A stretch of DNA of 64,000 nucleotides, from contig JBHLRS010000001.1 in assembly GCA_048882325.1 (NCBI GenBank), positions 64,001 through 128,000 of the forward strand. Reading direction: 5' to 3'. This stretch comes from Candidatus Thorarchaeota archaeon. Its GTDB lineage: Archaea > Asgardarchaeota > Thorarchaeia > Thorarchaeales > Thorarchaeaceae. Under the pieces are notes generated by a model. It ran no database searches, was not told where the DNA came from, and saw only the letters and a list, made by a program, of their open reading frames with translations. The position numbers were made by a program, and so were the translations under genes. Below are positions 20,201 through 29,700 of the stretch, in pieces (within the stretch, counting starts at the first letter, position 1; each line of letters begins with the position of its first letter).

Positions 20201-23200
20201 AACCATTCTTCATACCACAGTTCATGACTCGCTCTCATGTATATACAGTTGTTTCAGGTAAGGAGTTCCAGCTTCCAGCACCCGGAATTCCCATGTGGAG
20301 TCCTTGGGAATTGAATGATCTTGAAAATATCATCAATCCTGCAACAGGCCGCTACTTTGCAAAGGAGTACGCTATCGTTGATGGTGTACCCTATGAGGCA
20401 ATTAAGTTGCCAATGCAGGAGTGGGAACCAATCTTTGGTTACTGGTATGATATCTATCAGATTGATACCGGAGTAATCCGCAATCTAACTGATTGGAGTA
20501 TGAATCCAGCAGGTAGGTTCAACTATGATGTTGGTGACTACATGAAGAACCTGCCATGGACCACAGTCGCAAACGGAACTATTTGGGTGCCCACTGTTGC
20601 TCAAGAGGACTGGACCGTTGCTGTCGGTCATCGCGACACGCAGACTTACGAGTTTGTTGCTGATGGCTGGCTAGACCTCCAAACTGGGTATTATGATGGA
20701 GATTATCAAACAAGCATGATCTCTGATTGGAACACGACTGGAGGATATGACTATGTCCTGACAATGAGTGGGGAGAAGTTCTTCTATAACGAAACTTGGA
20801 GAGCAACATTCCTCAACATCTCATTGTCTAATGGTACATTCTTCTATTCGCGAATGGACAATCCAGTCGCAGAGCCAATTGATATTACACAACCAGAGAT
20901 TGACCGCTATTTTATGATTGACATCTACGGCAACTATCAAGGATGGCGAGGATGGATGGACTTCACGGCACAGCTAGTGTTCGTGGAAGATGTCTTGGGA
21001 GACCCATTCCCTGGTAGTGGGTCATTCTTCTGGAATGGCACTTACCAACCCATCATCCAGTATCCTGTTGATTACTGGGAATGGGATGGATCCATGTGGT
21101 TCAACAGGACTTTCATTGAAGACAATATCGTGCCGCATTACTACAATTTCCTACAGTCTGCTCTGAATGGATCAATGTACGAAATCGTGTCATTGCAGCA
21201 AATCCCTGAGAGTTACAAATTTAACTTCCCCTCATGGGCGTTCAATGTGAGTGGAACCGAGTATCATGCTTTCGGAGCGAAGGAGCTGCTTTATCAAGCC
21301 TTTAAAACTCAGGGCTATAGCAGGAAGCTGGATTATGCGCCTCTTCCAATTTCGATTGTCCGTTCTCAGGAAGTTATCGTATATGGTGTTCCTGCTTATG
21401 GAATGTGGGATCACGAGGTCTGGACAATTGATCCTCTAACTGGAGCACTTGATCTAGATGGCGATCTTAGTACCACTGTAGATCAGTTTTATGTGAAGGA
21501 GATTCACTCCAGCACAGACTACTTCAACATAACTCAGCAGTATCTTGATGTTTCTATCCTCTGGGAACCTGATAATACCACCTATGCTGATGAGTTCTAC
21601 CTACACTCATACACAGGAATGGTCACATTCAACTGGACCTATGACTGGAGTGAGTTAAACATCTGGACTCATGCAGACACTGGAGCGACCTTGACTTCAG
21701 GTGAATACGCAACAATTTACAATGTGTTGTTCGATTCATATGGGAATCCACAACCAGGGTATTGGGGCATAGCATGGATGTTTGAGAATCGGACATATGC
21801 TGATGTGATCAATCAGGCTAAGGATGAAGGTTGGGACTGGGTAGAAGACAATTCTCAGGAATGGAGTTGGCTTTGGTGGGAGCTTGATGAGCAATACAGC
21901 ACTGTGGTGAGCAATGGTACTCATTCAGATCTAATGGATATCAATCTCGCATACCAGTATGCAGGTATGTTTGCGTGGAATGACACAAACAGTGACAACT
22001 TCATGGACATCTCTTCTGAAAGTTTGGGTGACGCAGAGCTAACCCACTATTGGATGCCTATAAATGTCGAATCTGTGAGTTTCACCACGCCCGGTGAAGC
22101 TTGGGGCAATCTCAACACAACAGATTCAGAGTATCGATCCGTTGATGAAACAATAGACTTTGGCGTCACATTCAACAACGTGACTGGAGAGGTCTATCCA
22201 TTCGGTGTACGATCATACTTTGATTGGTACGAAGATGCATACTATGGCTCTGACTTTGTTGACTTTGATGAACGACCCACCGAGTGTCTTACAGAAGAGT
22301 TCTCGATTGATGTACACTTTACAGGTGCAGTTAACCAGACCGATGACTCTGGTATCGCAGAGGTCAAGTTTGACATCACCGTAGGAGACTGGGAGATGTA
22401 CACACCTGGTGGAGATGATGCTCTAGATGGGCGAAGTCTCGCAGTTTCGTTTTATAGTGACATCACTATCCTCACGAGTGGTGGAATGACTGCTAATGCT
22501 ACCTACATTGATGACTTAGGTCAGACAGTAACCAATGACCAAGCTGCAGCATCTTACAACTTCACAATGGCTAGTGGCCTGAGTGATGTCGCTTTGATGA
22601 GCTTGGGTGGTTCACCCTACACCTGGACAAAGAACACGTCTATGCCAGTTACAGTTGACGCTCAGACAATTCCAGTCGATGCGTTCAGTGCAATCTATGT
22701 GTCTGGTGGAGGACATTCAGCTACGACATTCTCAGTAGCATCCACACAGTTCTACACCGTAATTGGTTTCCCACAATGGGATGGTTGGGCAGTAACAGTT
22801 GACCCAATCTTTGTTGGTTACATCTCACCAGGAACTCCAGATAGTGAGGCACCGAGTTTCGGTACTACAATACACTCAGCTGTTCAGATAACAGGTGTGG
22901 ATAATGTCCACATTGAAGCAAGCGTCACAGATGGTGGAGGTTCTGGTCTTGCGGGAGTCAAAGTTTGGGACATTGACAACAATATTAATCATACAATGAC
23001 CTACGATGAAGGCCGAAGTGTGTGGGAGGTTGACATTGCTCGAACGATTGATGGTCGTTACAACTTCAACTATAGAATTGTAGCTGAAGACAATGCTGGT
23101 AATGAAGCCACAACCACAATTCAGTCCTTCCTGTTCAGAGATAATCTTCCTCCAACGATAGACTCCCTGAACATTGTCAATGGAACTGATATCTACGGTG

Positions 23201-23931
23201 ACGAGATTGCTACAGTCACTGCAACTGCATCTGACACTGGTGGGTCAGGTATTGACTATGTTGTCTTATCTTACTGGAACACAACTGGAGTATACAACAT
23301 AACCATGGCATACTCCGCAGGTGAATACAGTGGTGAGATTCCAAACCATGCACCTGGAACCATTGTACAATATGGTATTACCGTGTACGACATTGATGGC
23401 AACCTCGACTGGAGTGGATGGGACACGTTCACCTTTGCAACTGGCGGAGCTCCTGATACAGTAAGTCCGTCGATTACGCTGGTGTTTCACGACCCAGCTA
23501 GTCCAGCATCAACTGATGCTGTTACTGTTTCAGCTGACATTCAGGATGTTTCTGGAGTTGCATCAGCTGTTCTACAGTACAAGGTTGATGGTGGAGCATG
23601 GAACAATGTGACAATGACTTCAGTAGGAACAACCTACAGTGCTACCATTCCTTCGCAGGCTGATGGCGTAACTGTCACATACCGAATTGTTGCATATGAT
23701 ACAGTCGGGAATGAGGCAGTTTCTGGTGAATTCTCCTACAATGTAGAGGATGTTGCCACAACAACTATACCAACTGGGCCAACAACCACCGAAACTCCAA
23801 CATCACCAACCGAACCAACAGGACCTCCTGGTCCCGGACCTGGTGATCAAGAAACCCTGCTCATGGTTTACGGAGCCTTTGGAGCACTTGTTGTGATTGT
23901 TCTGGCTCTAGCAGCTCGTAGACGTAAGTAG
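17206..23931 (+). CDS. Giant cell-surface glycoprotein (S-layer/adhesin-like), membrane anchored
   Basis: Signal peptide; Trp/Tyr/Asp-rich; many NxS/T sequons; DLDGD motif; three C-terminal Ig-like repeats, P/T linker, TM helix and RRRK tail; true start may be ACG at 17215. Confidence 0.8.
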   Translation: MYTTKLFTKVFSLAVLALFSLSLFMTPPIADISTEESLTAPISYSRYNPYSIADYPENYTRVDWDLGTVNEENTHNWSSSHYRFGPTINWHTRNTTDSTLITWNDEIAINEYVDFRIEIPYSSLGGQTPFGVYLMGQYFNMSALANSEGQFYMSGNSPIMFMVWYNISGGNWLTFSSTNTTWPEAPPAELPPGFALSDVFGTEVSPFMEMNMAASGYVAGAESYWANVRLRFNSSTIGGFYTISCGVQDTQLQTIAESRFEEFNSGRIIGTTFDFLVDQAVGGYYDWERVSDDGFPLYSATRGVDFNMTATITNGTNLSTATVLFEIPNQIRTKNWVYGPYTVTEEVTGVWEFDDVSETYFWNATKTVNWTSQKEGFHYEDGYTWLDTGREYNFNDYGFIQTRWTSGQAAIVYNFTTGTFTTVLAYHYDNMTEVTDQYGTHWEKINWFEYEPWPVDGSIPLPYIVNQTTSESYWANGKLVVTFRGHISDNIRPTTQDDGNWPLNVWEIITDIHGRGLAPAARLPLSSPEDAAQYDLLNSLAVESPVSIVTLTHGGEPYEPDWMFYSDIGVPFTVKSWLQGGADYINEIDGIGFFMTAYEDNRGFDGMFDWHQWSEIEIQIRIDPHGAVDVAVYNRTVRNQWINGTYWDWVMVEVMPGRWEPQWKLIDDWHWEELTWDFVADDWTSGWLSFESPNLRMPVHWLDVAGLMIDPLGNDLRISFDIIPTPELPQLEWRWKYFYGDLTWVIDYESGWGEHTVLGWNENTVYSYINGTSKLYMDEPVKAEIFKDQITPDLYQRDKIPYVVINGQEINLDKYLMTDMEYNWEETVRSEYNYLTGEEEYFIKFANGTEIQVYSGSAGVIFNITLPNLGNANFLAWGDGPQYAGIDDLYYMLAVNGTMIIQPWFIWDLWIAQFYEVVEVSQVEYTYVTYLNGTKPFYMRGWPEYLGYDHYVMYRNETYEPVEFWYDPTFGYHYWNMTDGKLYMFDWPWELMTGVYNSQPFFIPQFMTRSHVYTVVSGKEFQLPAPGIPMWSPWELNDLENIINPATGRYFAKEYAIVDGVPYEAIKLPMQEWEPIFGYWYDIYQIDTGVIRNLTDWSMNPAGRFNYDVGDYMKNLPWTTVANGTIWVPTVAQEDWTVAVGHRDTQTYEFVADGWLDLQTGYYDGDYQTSMISDWNTTGGYDYVLTMSGEKFFYNETWRATFLNISLSNGTFFYSRMDNPVAEPIDITQPEIDRYFMIDIYGNYQGWRGWMDFTAQLVFVEDVLGDPFPGSGSFFWNGTYQPIIQYPVDYWEWDGSMWFNRTFIEDNIVPHYYNFLQSALNGSMYEIVSLQQIPESYKFNFPSWAFNVSGTEYHAFGAKELLYQAFKTQGYSRKLDYAPLPISIVRSQEVIVYGVPAYGMWDHEVWTIDPLTGALDLDGDLSTTVDQFYVKEIHSSTDYFNITQQYLDVSILWEPDNTTYADEFYLHSYTGMVTFNWTYDWSELNIWTHADTGATLTSGEYATIYNVLFDSYGNPQPGYWGIAWMFENRTYADVINQAKDEGWDWVEDNSQEWSWLWWELDEQYSTVVSNGTHSDLMDINLAYQYAGMFAWNDTNSDNFMDISSESLGDAELTHYWMPINVESVSFTTPGEAWGNLNTTDSEYRSVDETIDFGVTFNNVTGEVYPFGVRSYFDWYEDAYYGSDFVDFDERPTECLTEEFSIDVHFTGAVNQTDDSGIAEVKFDITVGDWEMYTPGGDDALDGRSLAVSFYSDITILTSGGMTANATYIDDLGQTVTNDQAAASYNFTMASGLSDVALMSLGGSPYTWTKNTSMPVTVDAQTIPVDAFSAIYVSGGGHSATTFSVASTQFYTVIGFPQWDGWAVTVDPIFVGYISPGTPDSEAPSFGTTIHSAVQITGVDNVHIEASVTDGGGSGLAGVKVWDIDNNINHTMTYDEGRSVWEVDIARTIDGRYNFNYRIVAEDNAGNEATTTIQSFLFRDNLPPTIDSLNIVNGTDIYGDEIATVTATASDTGGSGIDYVVLSYWNTTGVYNITMAYSAGEYSGEIPNHAPGTIVQYGITVYDIDGNLDWSGWDTFTFATGGAPDTVSPSITLVFHDPASPASTDAVTVSADIQDVSGVASAVLQYKVDGGAWNNVTMTSVGTTYSATIPSQADGVTVTYRIVAYDTVGNEAVSGEFSYNVEDVATTTIPTGPTTTETPTSPTEPTGPPGPGPGDQETLLMVYGAFGALVVIVLALAARRRK

Positions 23932-23939
23932 AATATATG

Positions 23940-23970
23940 GCGGGCCTTGTGCCCGCTTTACTCTCTTTTT
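23940..23970 (+). terminator. Hairpin plus T-tract
   Basis: GCGGGC-CTTGT-GCCCGC then TTTACTCTCTTTTT. Confidence 0.6.
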
Positions 23971-23986
23971 CAAGCTCTGAGTCATG

Positions 23987-24385
23987 TCACTCGAGTTGAG
24001 ATTTTAACTTCTCATGGAAAAATCTTACACCTGCAAGGTGTGCTTCATAAGTGCAGTTGAAAAGGTCATAGGAGATACCAGTAACAGGTATGGCATTGCG
24101 AATCATCAGAAAGTCTCTCTTATCAATTCCAAAATTGACCTCAACAAGTGTCGCATTTGATTTCAATAATTTCTCATAGATCCCTTTCTTGCTCTTGGTA
24201 GGAACATTAGATAAGTCCATTAATCTAGTTGTGAGTGTGATCCAATTTTTTCCGGGAAAGACTTCAATAATCTTGGCTTCAATTGGTCCATATGGATACA
24301 GACTGAATGTCTTTCGACCATGCTCTTCAAAGTCAATCTCTAATCTTTTCAGATACTCTTTCGCAATGAACCATGTTGTGCTCAT
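23987..24385 (-). CDS. YbjN/CesT (T3SS-chaperone fold)-like protein
   Basis: 132 aa with IYEKLLKSN..LVEVNFGID pattern typical of YbjN-like proteins. Confidence 0.55.
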   Translation of the reverse strand: MSTTWFIAKEYLKRLEIDFEEHGRKTFSLYPYGPIEAKIIEVFPGKNWITLTTRLMDLSNVPTKSKKGIYEKLLKSNATLVEVNFGIDKRDFLMIRNAIPVTGISYDLFNCTYEAHLAGVRFFHEKLKSQLE

Positions 24386-24526
24386 CTATTCTCGTTCCTG
24401 CCTGAGGACTCTCCTCACTTCACCAATTGTTTCCGCAGTTTAGACTAGTGACCTATGGGCAAATACTAGTAAAAGTCTTCGCTTTTCCAGAAGGCTAGGT
24501 TTCTAAGGTATATTCTTTTTCGTTCT

Positions 24527-25762
24527 TTATGAGGTTGGCAGTCGGATGATGAATTTTGTACCACCTAGGTCTGGATCATCAACTAATTCAATGGAACCTT
24601 TGTGAGATTCTAGGACAAATTTAGAGAGATATAGTCCGACGCCCCCTTCCTCTGATTGAGATTTTGATCCCCGTCGAAAGAGAAATTCTCTCTTTTCAAT
24701 AGGAATGCCCGGCCCATCATCACTTATAGAGATTACAAAGTTATCTTCTTCAAGAGAAATATCAACAAAAACAGTTGGTGATTCTCCAGCATATTGCGCC
24801 GCATTTCTGAAGATATTTTGCCAAACCATTGGAAGAAGTCTGCTTGCAGTGAAAGCACACTTGCTAACTTCTTTTTCGCCAGTGACTTTTATTTTCAGAT
24901 GTCTATGTGTCTTTTGAGAATCGAGTGCAACTTCCTCTATATGTTTGACTAAATCCATTTCTGGTAGCTCAAGTGGCATAGAAAAGACATGAAGTAATTG
25001 CACCATTCTATTGCCAAGGTCAATTGATTGAGTGAGATTCTGATTGACTTTATTGATGTCGATATCAAGAAACAGCTGAGCCAGCTCAATTGAGCTTAGA
25101 ATGGCCTGCAAATCATTCCTTAGATCGTGTCGCAACAGCTGGGTATACACCTCAAGCTCCCACTGTTGTCTTGTCAAGTCACTATTGCTCTGCTCAACCT
25201 GCTCAATGTATTGCTCCAATGTATAGGATGCTACAAGAATGAAGAATGTAACAACGATAGCAGTACCAATGTGACTGTCAAATTCCGTAATTGGAATGCC
25301 AAATATGACATTCACAATGAAAACCATTGTTGAAATCATAACTACTCCTTGAGCAAAAACAACAGTAGTCCTTGTGAGTAATGCACCACCCACTAGTGCA
25401 ACCATAAACCAGACCATTAATCGAGGTAGATCATTTGGTTGCCAGCTAGTCCCAAATAGAAAGATGGTGACTGGTAATATTGTGATTGCAGCTACCGTAG
25501 TTGTCTGAACCACATCATAATACTTGGTTCTTGTTCCCAAATACATGAAGAACACTAGTAGAATCGCACTAAGATATGTGGGAGTGGAGAAGAAAACGAG
25601 TTCACTTGTGAATTGCGCGAAGGAGAATATTGGAATTGCGATGAGAAGAAATGACGAGAGGAGACGTGATTGCTGTCTTTTTCTCAAACCCTGTACGGAT
25701 GGATGTGGTTCGATAAGACTGGAAAGGAATTTACCCACATCACTGAGAAACCCCTCATTCAT
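24527..25762 (-). CDS. Membrane sensor histidine kinase
   Basis: About 6 TM helices; H-box LRHDLRNDL, N-box NIFRNA, G1 DDGPGIP, G2 GGVGL. Confidence 0.92.
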   Translation of the reverse strand: MNEGFLSDVGKFLSSLIEPHPSVQGLRKRQQSRLLSSFLLIAIPIFSFAQFTSELVFFSTPTYLSAILLVFFMYLGTRTKYYDVVQTTTVAAITILPVTIFLFGTSWQPNDLPRLMVWFMVALVGGALLTRTTVVFAQGVVMISTMVFIVNVIFGIPITEFDSHIGTAIVVTFFILVASYTLEQYIEQVEQSNSDLTRQQWELEVYTQLLRHDLRNDLQAILSSIELAQLFLDIDINKVNQNLTQSIDLGNRMVQLLHVFSMPLELPEMDLVKHIEEVALDSQKTHRHLKIKVTGEKEVSKCAFTASRLLPMVWQNIFRNAAQYAGESPTVFVDISLEEDNFVISISDDGPGIPIEKREFLFRRGSKSQSEEGGVGLYLSKFVLESHKGSIELVDDPDLGGTKFIIRLPTS

Positions 25763-25927
25763 ATTAGCACCTTTTTCATTGCTCAGTCTAAATCAGAGTT
25801 TGTGAAATATAAGGAAAGTTCGTCTAGTTCTTCTAATCATAAAACAGAATCTGGTAAAATGGGATAGAGAATACGACCATCCATACAGTAACTAAAGATA
25901 AATCAATGACATCAATTTCGTTTTACT

Positions 25928-26947
25928 ATGGACTCATCCGCCCTCTTAAGATATCTTCAATCAAAATTCACCGATCGTAACTCTCTACAAATCGTAAACT
26001 ACAAAGACATCACTAGCGGATGGGAAACTCAAATCTACGCATTCGATTTGAGGTGGGAAGTCAATCAAAAGGAAGAGAGCGAGCATCTTATTGTGAGGGT
26101 GTATGCTCCTGGAATCAGCGAGAAGACTGAACATGAAGCTAGAGTCATGAAGCAACTATCCACGATGGACTACCCTGTACCAATGGTACATATCACAGAA
26201 ACTGATGAGTCTCTACTCGGTAAACCCTTCATGATAATGGACAGAATAACTGGGAGTACTCTTGAAGACAAAATATCGGTGCCTAATGCTGACTTCTCAA
26301 AATGGTTGCGAGTTTTTAGTGAGTTGTTTGTTAAACTGCACAATCTTGACTGGACAGTCTTCCTTTCTGATCCTAACATCATACCTAAAGATGACCCTTA
26401 TTTCATAATCAACACAATGCTCTCAGACTATCGAGTCAAGATAACACAATATGATAAGGAGGAGCTCTTGCCTATTGTTGAGTGGCTTGAAACTAATGCG
26501 AATCGAGTGCCATGCTACAGGCCCTCTGTCACTCACGGCGATTTCCATCCAATGAACATCATGATTGATGACGATGAACTTCCATATGTGATTGATTGGG
26601 GCGCAGCTGGCGTGAGAGATTTTAGAATGGACCTTGCGTGGACATTACTACTTACTAGAGCATACTCGACTCAAGAGAATCATGATTTCATCCTCAAAGG
26701 GTACGAGGATGAGGTAGGGCATCAGATCAATGAAATCGAATATTTCGAAGTTCTTGCCATACTCCGTCGTCTGTTTGATGTACTAGTTTCTATGGATGAG
26801 GGAGCAACTTCGCGAGGAATGCGAGAAGGTGCAGTAGAACTAATTAGGGAACAAATGGGTCACGTCAAGGTCGTTTACTCTTTGCTTGTTGAGATGACTG
26901 AGATTCAAATTCCAGAAGTGGAATCTTGGATTGACAGCTTTCTCTAA
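25928..26947 (+). CDS. Aminoglycoside phosphotransferase/choline kinase family protein
   Basis: HGDFHPMN and IDWG motifs; GKPFMIMDRI. Confidence 0.88.
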   Translation: MDSSALLRYLQSKFTDRNSLQIVNYKDITSGWETQIYAFDLRWEVNQKEESEHLIVRVYAPGISEKTEHEARVMKQLSTMDYPVPMVHITETDESLLGKPFMIMDRITGSTLEDKISVPNADFSKWLRVFSELFVKLHNLDWTVFLSDPNIIPKDDPYFIINTMLSDYRVKITQYDKEELLPIVEWLETNANRVPCYRPSVTHGDFHPMNIMIDDDELPYVIDWGAAGVRDFRMDLAWTLLLTRAYSTQENHDFILKGYEDEVGHQINEIEYFEVLAILRRLFDVLVSMDEGATSRGMREGAVELIREQMGHVKVVYSLLVEMTEIQIPEVESWIDSFL

Positions 26948-27019
26948 TTATTGAGGTCGTTCCTGCTATCACTATGATTTATCACTATGTTTCGAAATGC
27001 AATGAATGGGATGGGTTTG

Positions 27020-28288
27020 ATGAGTGATGACAGATCTCTTGAGTATCTAACTGTAAAATCATTGCACTTGGTTGAGCAGGGACGACTAGGTGAGGCTGAG
27101 TCGCTTCTTGCAACAGTTGTCAAGGAAACTCCAAATTCTGCAATACATTGGTCATTATATGCATATGTCGCAAGCTGCTTTGGCCGCAAATCTGAGTATG
27201 ACAAGGCACTCGAATCAGCAAAGAAGCTGGCCGAGAGTAATGCGGTTGTACACTTCAATATTGGAGTAGCAATGAAACGCATTAAGGACCCTTCATGGAA
27301 AGGCATGCTAAAGAAAGCAGCAAAACTTGATGACGGACTCAAGGACCAAGTAAAATCCGCAATGAAAGTTGATTATCCTACCCCTCTCATTGTATATCCA
27401 ACTGGATCTGAGGAGCTACTAGCTCAAATAGCAGAAGGTGAACCCTCAGGACCTCAGCTCTCTAAAGCAAAACCAGTTGATCACGATGTGGATGTCATTT
27501 CTGGGATGATCCGAAAAGTTAGAGGTCGTCTCTTGAGAGATGATGTAGAAGAGCGAGCAGGATATCTCATGGGTGGAGTCGTAGTACGTTTGGAAGATGT
27601 GACTCTTGAGATGAGGTATGGTCCTGAGAGCAAAGGAGAGATATATCCCGCAGGAACCATGGTCACGGTCACGATTGAGGATGGTAGAGTACCAAGAATC
27701 ATTGAGATAACAGATAATACAGAGGAACCACTTGAAGGACCTGCTTACGTTGAGGTTCCAAAGTTCTCCTACCAAGCTAGATGGCCAAAGATGTGCTGTG
27801 GTTGTGGCGAAACTCAACTGAAGCAGCTTAAACTGCAGGGTGTGAATTGGGATGCAGAGTTCACACTTCCAAAAACAGAAGTCGTTGAAGTGGCTGTTCG
27901 AAGACTCAACTGGAAACGAATTGGTGCTGTTGCTCTTACATATGTCATAGGAACGATATTTGGTGTTCAACCAGCTGTCACAAGCTCATTTGCGCTTGAG
28001 ATCTCTTCTGAGATAGAAGACAAGTACGACTATTACCTGAAAGAATTGGAAACACTCAATGAGGTTAAGATGCATCTCTCCATGAATCTCTATCTCTGCA
28101 AGGAATGTAAGAAAGAGAAGAAAGACTATGGAGCATATGTTTCAGTCACTCCTCGTGAGTTTGATGATGGCTTTCCAGCATTGATTATTGAGTTTGGTAA
28201 TGAAGTGTTCATGAGAGTCTTTCATGATCACAATCCAGGAGATATCTTTGCCACGGTCACTAGAGAGAAGATTCAGATCCTATCCTAA
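27020..28288 (+). CDS. TPR-containing protein with C-terminal putative Zn-binding domain
   Basis: N-terminal TPR-like helices; CCGC and CKEC pairs flanking one hydrophobic segment; start could be 26987. Confidence 0.55.
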   Translation: MSDDRSLEYLTVKSLHLVEQGRLGEAESLLATVVKETPNSAIHWSLYAYVASCFGRKSEYDKALESAKKLAESNAVVHFNIGVAMKRIKDPSWKGMLKKAAKLDDGLKDQVKSAMKVDYPTPLIVYPTGSEELLAQIAEGEPSGPQLSKAKPVDHDVDVISGMIRKVRGRLLRDDVEERAGYLMGGVVVRLEDVTLEMRYGPESKGEIYPAGTMVTVTIEDGRVPRIIEITDNTEEPLEGPAYVEVPKFSYQARWPKMCCGCGETQLKQLKLQGVNWDAEFTLPKTEVVEVAVRRLNWKRIGAVALTYVIGTIFGVQPAVTSSFALEISSEIEDKYDYYLKELETLNEVKMHLSMNLYLCKECKKEKKDYGAYVSVTPREFDDGFPALIIEFGNEVFMRVFHDHNPGDIFATVTREKIQILS

Positions 28289-28297
28289 ACAATACAA

Positions 28298-29113
28298 TCA
28301 CTGATTTGAGAATCCACCATGATGGAACTCTATTTTGCATTGTACTTTCGTCAACGCACAGTAGCTCTCAATATCCTCTTCCATCTCATTCCACATTAAG
28401 GGTCGATTTCGAATCTTCTTATAATAGTCTTTTAACTCTGGAAATCTATTTTCAACTAGACTCATTATTCGAGAAATATTATGTGATCTGAAGTTCAGAT
28501 TTTCAAAACGAAAGTCATCTGTTGTTTGAACTGCTGCTTTTATTATCGCTTGCCAATCAGTTATCATTGGAAAGATTGGGGAAACAAAAACATATGTTGG
28601 TATTCCTGCTTGCGAGATGGTCTGCAATGCTTCAAGCCGTTCCATTGGTTTCGAAGCTCTTGGTTCAATGACTCTGCTAACTCTCTCATCAAGAGTACTT
28701 ATGGAGATTCCAATACGGATTTTTCCAAATTGTTCGAAAAGATCAATGTCTCTTGTCACCAGTTTGGATTTTGTCAATATCTGTATTGATGCCGTCGTGC
28801 CAATGAGCTTCTCTAGAACTCGCTTCGTGTTCTCGTACTTCACCTCTAAGGGTGTATATGGATCAGTAACTGAGCTAAAAAGGAGGGTTTTGCCATCGTA
28901 TTTCTCAGGTTTTATCCGACTCATATCATACTGTTTCACATCAAGAAATTCGCCCCATTGATCACCGCTATGATTGGTGAATCGTTTCATGAATTCTGCA
29001 TAGCAGTAGATACAGCCATGCTGACATCCAATGTAAGGATTAATCACAAAATCTATTCCTGGTATCCTGCTTTTTGTAATGATACTCTTTGCTGATACCC
29101 TATTGACCTTCAT
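28298..29113 (-). CDS. Radical SAM protein, spore photoproduct lyase-like family
   Basis: NPYIGCQHGCIYCYA (CxxxCxxC), SSVTDPY, ILTKS. Confidence 0.9.
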   Translation of the reverse strand: MKVNRVSAKSIITKSRIPGIDFVINPYIGCQHGCIYCYAEFMKRFTNHSGDQWGEFLDVKQYDMSRIKPEKYDGKTLLFSSVTDPYTPLEVKYENTKRVLEKLIGTTASIQILTKSKLVTRDIDLFEQFGKIRIGISISTLDERVSRVIEPRASKPMERLEALQTISQAGIPTYVFVSPIFPMITDWQAIIKAAVQTTDDFRFENLNFRSHNISRIMSLVENRFPELKDYYKKIRNRPLMWNEMEEDIESYCALTKVQCKIEFHHGGFSNQ

Positions 29114-29174
29114 CGACTTTACAAGATACAGTAGGCTTCAAAACTTTGCCTTAACAGTTTTCATATTCAATCAA

Positions 29175-29603
29175 CTATGAAACAAAGATTTTGTCAGCAA
29201 TGTGTCTGACTATGGCTCTAGTGATACCACTAACAAAACCCGTCGCAATTGTTTTGTCTAAGCATTCTATAAGTACGGGATTTTCCACCACCTTTCTGAC
29301 AAATTCATTCAGACTTTGAATAGCATGTGATGTCTGTCCCTTGAAGACATAACTAAACAAGAGTGAGGATTCATGTTTCATAATCATGGTATATTCACCA
29401 ATAGTGACACTATCAAGAGGTCTTGCGAATATCTTGTCAGTCAGAAAAACAAGGGCAGTCAAAAAACTAGAAACAAGATTTTCATTATCTTTCAGGTATG
29501 GGTGGAACTCTACAGACGCAAGATTAACACCTGTTTGGGCGGCTGAGAGAAACAGTTGAACTGGCTCTTCTTTCATGTTTTCCACGTCAGTAATTGCTAA
29601 CAT
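29175..29603 (-). CDS. Stand-alone longin-like domain protein (Asgard type)
   Basis: EEPV...LVSSFLTAL..LTDKIF..LD...GEYT...YVFKGQ pattern with beta-beta-alpha-beta-beta-beta-alpha-alpha layout. Confidence 0.55.
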   Translation of the reverse strand: MLAITDVENMKEEPVQLFLSAAQTGVNLASVEFHPYLKDNENLVSSFLTALVFLTDKIFARPLDSVTIGEYTMIMKHESSLLFSYVFKGQTSHAIQSLNEFVRKVVENPVLIECLDKTIATGFVSGITRAIVRHIADKIFVS

Positions 29604-29700
29604 TGTTCACACCTTGCCAAATGGGGTATGGGAGGAGAGAAGGAGTAGAGCCCTTCTCTGTTTGTATGAAGCTCAACTCACAACTCCTCCTAGATTTAGT

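Noticed and set aside
25928-26947. Antibiotic resistance gene
   Set aside because: APH-family motifs are shared by many housekeeping small-molecule kinases, and there is no mobile context
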